Source of the DNA: Planktothrix sp. GU0601_MAG3
GTDB taxonomy: Bacteria > Cyanobacteriota > Cyanobacteriia > Cyanobacteriales > Microcoleaceae
NCBI GenBank assembly: GCA_035193785.1
Contig: CP136572.1
Coordinates: forward strand, 3,444,578-3,508,577
Direction: 5' to 3'
DNA length: 64,000 bases
Both the position numbers and the translations under genes were made by a program. Below are positions 58,107 through 64,000 of the stretch, one piece after another (within the stretch, counting starts at the first letter, position 1; each line of letters starts with the position of its first letter). The notes under the pieces are model-generated. The model ran no database searches, was not told where the DNA came from, and saw only the letters and a program-made list of their open reading frames with translations.

Positions 58107-59343
58107 ATGTATAAATTATCTAATTCCTTCAAGCCTATATTAGAATCTCGATTTACGGTAAATCGCTGGAGTGCTTTTTGGGGTGAGCTTTTAAGTAACA
58201 GTGGTTACTTTTTAATCCTCAAAAGTCTCTCTACTATTATTTCTAAAAGTTGGATTGAATATTTTACTAACCCCACAGAATATTTATTAATTGTAGCCAT
58301 GTTAGTCCAAGCATGGATTCTTTCTCGTCCCAATTCCAATCGATTTTGGGGAAATTTGGTTGGAGTTGGTTTGTACACAGCCATGGATTTACCCATTGAC
58401 GGACTAAGTTTTTTTCAAGAACCTATTCATCTAGTATTTTTAATATTTTCTTTAATCATTGCTACTCTCCAAGGACTAAGATTCCATAGTAATTTAAAAG
58501 CAGATTGGTTATTATTTCCCCTGGAAAGTATAACCAGAACTTTAATGATTATTGCTTTTTATATTGTCGTTGAAATTTCTAAAGACTCCAATAGATTATA
58601 CGGGAAAACTTTTCTGAATTTTCTTCAAAGTAAAACCCACTCATTTTTAACCTTAAGTCTGATTTTAATTGGGTTACTGTTGGGTTTACAGGCGTTTCAA
58701 CTCTCACAACAGCGAAATCAACTCCAACAGACCGCAAGACTCTTAGGAAATATGGCGGAATGGGGGATGGGGAGTTATATGGTGGAAATGGCTTTAAATA
58801 ATCCTGAAGATTTGGCGTTTCAAAAATGCGATCGCACTATTTTATTTATGGATATTCGCGGTTTTACCCAATGGTGTGAACAAACAAAACCCGATATTGT
58901 CGCCCAAGTTTTAAACCATTATTATCAAACAGTAGAAACCAGAATCTTCACGATATCATCCCTTGAAAATCACCCTAGCCGGAGATGAAATTATGGCAAT
59001 TTATTCCACCCCACAACAGGGAATTCAAGCGGCTCAGGCGATGCAAGCAGCAGCTAAAACCGTTCTTAATCCCTACGGTTTGGGGGCGGGTTGTAGTGTT
59101 CACTGTGGGGAAGTAATTGAAGGATTATTTGGCGGCAAAAAAGTTAGAACCTATACCGTTATTGGAGATGTGGTGAATACGGGTAAACGTTTGGAAGGAA
59201 TTACTCCGGCTGGAGAAATCACCCTTTCTGATCCCATTTATCAAGCCTTAAATTGTAAACTCAATGTTCAACCTTGTGACCCAATTTTTGTTAAAGGAAA
59301 AGTCGAACCTTTAATTGCTTGGCGCTTAAACAGTTATCAGTAA
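58107..59343 (+). CDS. Membrane-bound class III adenylate/guanylate cyclase; one frameshift at ~58937
   Basis: Multiple TM helices, ILFMDIRGFT, AGDEIMA, YTVIGDVVNTGKRLE, VKGK. Confidence 0.87.
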
Positions 59344-59412
59344 ACAGTTATCAGTCAACAGTATAAGAGTTAATTTATTAACTAACAACTAACAACTAAT
59401 AACTAATAACTG

Positions 59413-59474
59413 GTACGGGCGGTTTTTTTTAGATCTTTGTTAATCACCGCGCATCTTGATGAACCCGCCCCTAC
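59413..59474. repeat. REP-like inverted doublet
   Basis: GTACGGGCGGTTT ... AACCCGCCCCTAC between convergent genes. Confidence 0.5.
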
Positions 59475-59495
59475 AACTGATAACTGATGACTGAT

Positions 59496-60849
59496 TTAGG
59501 GTTTTCTCCACTGTCTGACAAATTCATCTAAGGTAGCTGGAGGAATTTGACTTTGTAGCCATTCTAGTGCCTTAATTTGACCGGGTAAACCCTTATAGTA
59601 TTTACAGACATCCTCTAATTTAATACTGGGTGGTGGTAGGGTTTGTTGATTCCATTTTTGAGCCAATTCACTTAAGAGGGTGGGGGAAATTTTCTCCTGT
59701 AACCAGCGCAAGGCTTGATCTTGATTAGGCAAACCTCGATAATATTTACAAACATTAATGAACTTTACAGAAACAGTTGGAACCTTTGTTTGGTTTCTCC
59801 ATAGTTTAGAAAATTCTAATAATATAGTCTGGGGAATTTGTGGCTCAAACCATGTTAGCACTTGATCCTGATTCGGAGTTCCTTTATAAACTTTACAAAT
59901 ATCAATGAGTTCAATACTGGGAATAGGTGCAGGTGCGGGCGTGGGTTCGGGCGTGGGTGCGGGTGTAGGTACGGGTGTGGGTACAGGTGTGGGTACAGGT
60001 GTGAGTTCGGGTGTGAGTTCGGGCGTGGGCGTAGGTGCGGGTGTAGGTTCGACACTTCCCACGGGTAGAACAAAAGAATCTGAGGGCCCCATCAAGGCTG
60101 TCCAGGTCTTTAACCCGGCGACTCCATCCGCTTGTAACTGTTTTTTTTGCTGAAATTTGATTAAAGCGGTTTCCGTACCATTGCCAAAACTCCCATCAAT
60201 AGTTTCCGGGATCATGACCTTGATTTTTCAGAAGGGTTTGAATCTTTTCAACTTTTGTTCCCTTATCTCCTCTGCGAATACTTTCAAATAAATTAACATC
60301 CACACCCCCAGTAATTCCCTCAACTTTGCCTTGATCGGTAAATTGCCAAAATACCCAGGTTTTCCAACCGCCAGGAATAATCGGTTGTTCAGCCGTGGTA
60401 TAATGGGCAATCCACAGTGGATAATCGGAAAAACGAGTGGTATTGAGTTTTTGCCAAAACCCAGGATAGGTGTAAATAATCGGACGAAAACCCGTTTCTT
60501 TTTCAATCACATCGATCCATTGGGCGGCTCGGTCACAGAGAGTTTTAGTATCTACGGTTCCCATGGTTTCAATGTCCAAAACCGGGGGGAGATCTCCAGG
60601 TTGGAGTTTAACGGTTTTCAGAAAATGATAGGCTTGTTTAATAGGATCACTATCAGGCCTGAAAAAATGATAGGCGCCCCGAATTAAACCGTTAGCTTTT
60701 GTTTGTTCCCAATAGCTGGGGAAAACCTTACAAACAAAGGTTTCTCCTTCTGTTGATTTAATCACAGCAAAGGAAATCCCAGAACGGGCAACGGCTTGCC
60801 AATCTACTGTAGGCTGGTAATCTGAAACGTCAATACCCCGAATACTCAT
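59496..60849 (-). CDS. GH25 muramidase with peptidoglycan-binding domain, Pro-Thr linker and three C-terminal repeats; one frameshift at ~60204
   Basis: [51 protein letters not shown]. Confidence 0.88.
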
Positions 60850-60952
60850 TAGTTTAAAAGTTGAGGAACAAAGAGCGATCGTGTCGTCAATACTAGAGTT
60901 AAAAAGCAACTTCCATTATTCTACCACAACTATTCACCGAGGATTGATCACG

Positions 60953-61618
60953 ATGAAAAAAACCTTGACAAAAAGGACGATTCAACAGAAAGTCGGGAAA
61001 TTTTTATTAATGTTAATGGTTTTAGGTTTACCGCAGTCGAGTTTAGCCCAATCCGAGCCAAATTCCCCGACTTTTAAAACCTTTCAAGATTGGTGTTTGA
61101 GTCGTCAGCAATTGTCACCGGAGGTAAAAAGAACCCTGGATGTTTTATTGCAACAAGTGGGAACTTCCAATTGCGATCGCGCCAGTCAAATGTTAGCAGA
61201 AAAAAAAGCGTTAGATTTAAGTACCTTTCTCCTCTCGGATTTAAGTCCCCTACAAGGATTAACCCATATTACTGTCTTGAAGGTCGGAAATAATAATATT
61301 TCCGATCTAACTCCCTTAAAAAGTTTGACTAATTTAGAAGAATTGGATTTAAGTTATAATAAAATCACGGATATTAGCCCCTTACAATACTTGACTAAAT
61401 TAGTCCGAATTAATCTCAGCTATAATCAAATTTCTGATGTTTCCCCCCTTCAGGGTTTAAATGTTGCCAGTGAAATTAATCTCAATAATAATCAGGTGGC
61501 TGATATTACACCCTTAAAATCGTTGAATAAAATTCGTTTTTTGTTTGTGCAAAATAACCCCCTGAAATCGACTGAATGCCCGATTACTCCTAAATATATT
61601 TGTCGTTTTGATAGGTGA
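60953..61618 (+). CDS. Secreted leucine-rich-repeat (internalin-like) protein
   Basis: Signal peptide ending SSLAQ; L..L.L..N.I.D..PL..L repeats. Confidence 0.87.
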   Translation: MKKTLTKRTIQQKVGKFLLMLMVLGLPQSSLAQSEPNSPTFKTFQDWCLSRQQLSPEVKRTLDVLLQQVGTSNCDRASQMLAEKKALDLSTFLLSDLSPLQGLTHITVLKVGNNNISDLTPLKSLTNLEELDLSYNKITDISPLQYLTKLVRINLSYNQISDVSPLQGLNVASEINLNNNQVADITPLKSLNKIRFLFVQNNPLKSTECPITPKYICRFDR

Positions 61619-61625
61619 TGCCAAT

Positions 61626-62285
61626 TTATTTTTGGGGAAATTCATCCGGGTCTAATTCATCTAATCCTAAAGAAATTTGTTTTAACTGAAGAATTAATCC
61701 CAGGGTAACTTGCTTCATCAATGTATAGGATATGGTAATGAAGACAAAGGTAACAATCACCACAAACAAAGGTTTTTTATTGGTTAAATCATCTAAAGTT
61801 TGCAAGAAAACTACATCGGGTTGAGTCACCAAATCCCAACTATTAAACCGCCTAAATCTTCCTAAATAAACCCCAAGCGCACATAAAATATGAGTCATAA
61901 TTTCCGAAGCAAAAATATATTGTTTCACCCCTTGCCTTTTCAAATAATGCCCTTGATTAATTAACGATAAAACATAGAGTTGTAAACCCGCCATAATTGC
62001 AAATACATGGAGTGGAATAAAAATTAGGGTAATTACCCAAACGGAATACCCAGCCTGAATAATCCGAATTAAATGAATAATATCTGTGAGCAGATAGGGA
62101 GCATTGGGTAAGAAAGCAATAAAAATAATATAAACAATCCACCAACCCCAATTTCGCGCTATCACTTTTCTGCGAAATAACCAAAAACTCAAGGCCCAAG
62201 GAATAAATGCTAGGAATAGATTCCAAATAATCCAACCACTGTGTCGGTCAAAGATCTCCAGTGTATTTGCTAACATTTCTCGCAT
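61626..62285 (-). CDS. DUF1361-like membrane protein
   Basis: WNLFLAFIP, FLPNAPYLLTDIIHL, YLGRFRRFNSWD. Confidence 0.82.
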   Translation of the reverse strand: MREMLANTLEIFDRHSGWIIWNLFLAFIPWALSFWLFRRKVIARNWGWWIVYIIFIAFLPNAPYLLTDIIHLIRIIQAGYSVWVITLIFIPLHVFAIMAGLQLYVLSLINQGHYLKRQGVKQYIFASEIMTHILCALGVYLGRFRRFNSWDLVTQPDVVFLQTLDDLTNKKPLFVVIVTFVFITISYTLMKQVTLGLILQLKQISLGLDELDPDEFPQK

Positions 62286-62448
62286 TCTGTTTTCGGGTTG
62301 ATCGTTAAATTATGCTTGTTTAGTATAACAACTCGACTCTAAAGAATTCCGTAAAACCTATTATTTAGGGTGATATTCCCCCTATATTTGATAAATTTAG
62401 GACTACAATGGAATCTCAAACCAACAGTTACACCGGAGAAAAATTACC

Positions 62449-63297
62449 ATGAATCAATTTAAAACAGTAGCTTTGCTGGGATTATTAAGCGCCCTGTTAG
62501 TTATGATTAGCTATTGGGTAATTGGGGGAACTAGCGGTTTATTGGTGGGTATCATATTAGCCGCGGTAACTAATTTGGGAAGTTGGTATTTTTCCGATCA
62601 AATTGCTCTCAAAGCCTATAATGCCCAACCCGTTACCATCGAACAGGCCCCAGGATTATATGCCATGGTACAACGGTTATGCGATCGCGCTAATTTACCC
62701 CTACCAGGGATTTATATTGTCCCGACTCCGGCGGCCAATGCCTTCGCCACCGGTCGAGATCCCCAACACGCCGCCGTTGCTGTCACCGAAGGGATTATGA
62801 ATCTCTTACCCGAGGACGAATTAGAGGCCGTAATTGCCCATGAATTAAGCCATGTTAATAATCGAGATACCCTGATTCAATCGGTGGCGGCAACCATCGC
62901 GGGGGCTATTTCTGGACTCGCTCAATTTGCCAGTTATTCGATGTGGTTTGGAGGTCGCAATCGGAATGGAGGGGGAAATCCTATAGGATTATTATTAACA
63001 ATAATTCTAGCTCCCATCGCCGCTACTGTAATTCAATTAGCTATTTCTCGAACTAGGGAATTTTCCGCCGATGCTGGTGCGGCTAAATTAACCGGAAATC
63101 CTAAAGCTTTAGCCAGAGCTTTACAACGGTTAGATGCCACAGCTAGACAGATACCAATTGCAGGAAATCCTGCCTTTGAAGCTCTATTAATTATGAATAG
63201 TTTTTCAGGACAAACAATGGCAAGTTTATTTTCAACCCACCCAACAACAGAAGCTAGAATTCAAGCATTACTTAAGTTGGATCAACAAATGTCTTGA
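62449..63297 (+). CDS. htpX: Zinc metalloprotease HtpX (M48)
   Basis: NAFATGR, AHELSHV, SRTREFSAD, FSTHP. Confidence 0.93.
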   Translation: MNQFKTVALLGLLSALLVMISYWVIGGTSGLLVGIILAAVTNLGSWYFSDQIALKAYNAQPVTIEQAPGLYAMVQRLCDRANLPLPGIYIVPTPAANAFATGRDPQHAAVAVTEGIMNLLPEDELEAVIAHELSHVNNRDTLIQSVAATIAGAISGLAQFASYSMWFGGRNRNGGGNPIGLLLTIILAPIAATVIQLAISRTREFSADAGAAKLTGNPKALARALQRLDATARQIPIAGNPAFEALLIMNSFSGQTMASLFSTHPTTEARIQALLKLDQQMS

Positions 63298-63323
63298 TTC
63301 AGATTTATACAGAAGAAGATGGT

Positions 63324-63475
63324 TTCGGCGGTTGAAACCGCAGCTACATAAACAAAGTTCGGCGGTTGAAACCGCAGCTACATAAACAAAGTTCGGCGGT
63401 TGAAACCGCAGCTACATAAACAAAGTTCGGCGGTTGAAACCGCAGCTACATAAACAAAGTCCGCCTGCGCGGACT
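63324..63475. repeat. Four identical 34-bp palindromic units plus a terminal hairpin
   Basis: TTCGGCGGTTGAAACCGCAGCTACATAAACAAAG x4, then TCCGCCTGCGCGGA. Confidence 0.88.
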
Positions 63476-63594
63476 AAAAGATAACAAAATATTGCTCATT
63501 GTCAACCTTTTACTTAGTTGCTATACTGTAGACACTCTGTATATACATCATAAAAAATGGTGAATTTCTCAGGGTGATATTATTAGCTGGAGGA

Positions 63595-63777
63595 TTAGGC
63601 TATGGTTGGGACAATCGCAAAGTGGGGAAACAGGGTGATCACTGTTCCCCATTGTTGGAGTTGCTGACGAATATATTCACGCACATAAAAATGACCCCCT
63701 GAAGCCAGATAGGGGTCACGTTCTCTAATAATTTGTTGTAAATGCTCGGTTAATTGAGATTTTAAATTTAACTTCAT
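63595..63777 (-). pseudogene. Truncated N-terminus of a cyanobacterial M28-like peptidase
   Basis: HLQQIIRERDPYLASGGHFYVREYIRQQLQQWG resembles the family N-terminus; no continuation downstream. Confidence 0.55.
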
Positions 63778-64000
63778 TGATGATCTTATCTTGAAAAAAT
63801 TCTTAGCTTTTATTTTAACATAAATTTGAAAAAATAAGTTTAAGAAATTTTGTCAAAATTTAATAATTGTAAGTAACAAAAACTTTTATTTTTGGGTATA
63901 GATTTTTCTGCGATATTATTCATGGTTTTTGACCCGATGAACGGTATAATTTATTCGGGTTGGGTTCAGGAAACTTTCTGCTCCTGTTCATCGGGTATGC

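Noticed and set aside
59496..60849. Prophage lysis module
   Set aside because: No holin, structural or integrase genes nearby.
63324..63459. CRISPR array (34-37 bp palindromic repeat with GAAAC)
   Set aside because: No spacers; the units are contiguous and identical.
63931..63997. Inverted repeat ACCCGATGAAC...GTTCATCGGGT at the window end
   Set aside because: Its context is cut off by the window edge, so it cannot be assigned.
1..64000. Mass pseudogenisation or programmed frameshifting as the cause of the many split ORFs
   Set aside because: Essential genes (ftsZ, vipp1) are affected, I saw no decay or independent nonsense codons, and the breaks are uniform insertions in one motif. A systematic sequencing error fits better.

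Overview
This 64 kb window is chromosomal DNA from a filamentous cyanobacterium, probably Oscillatoriales and Planktothrix-like. That is an inference from frequent HIP1 GCGATCGC sites, 7-bp short tandem repeats, hli genes and vipp1. Main content: (1) An ~18 kb minus-strand chemosensory cluster: cheY, cheA, cheW, soluble MCP, PAS/HEAT protein, cheR, cheB, cheC, hybrid kinase, REC-GGDEF. This is atypical for cyanobacteria and resembles the myxobacterial Che7 layout. (2) An IS200/IS605 tnpB element upstream of vipp1. (3) A DNA phosphorothioation locus: two DGQHR/DndB-like genes, an SBD-like HNH nuclease, and dndC, dndD, dndE, bracketed by two inverted copies of a ~105-bp promoter/palindrome element. 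(4) ftsQ-ftsZ. (5) An ATPase plus giant STAND/TPR/WD40 gene pair. (6) Assorted signalling, Fe-S and housekeeping genes, and many small repeats and MITEs. Key observation: about 30 of the ~31 frameshifts I could localise, including those in ftsZ and vipp1, are repaired by deleting the extra base(s) from GAAAC/GTTTC to give GAAC/GTTC. That is the canonical Dnd phosphorothioation motif. The split genes are therefore probably modification-induced base-calling errors, which would reveal the in vivo target of the resident Dnd system.
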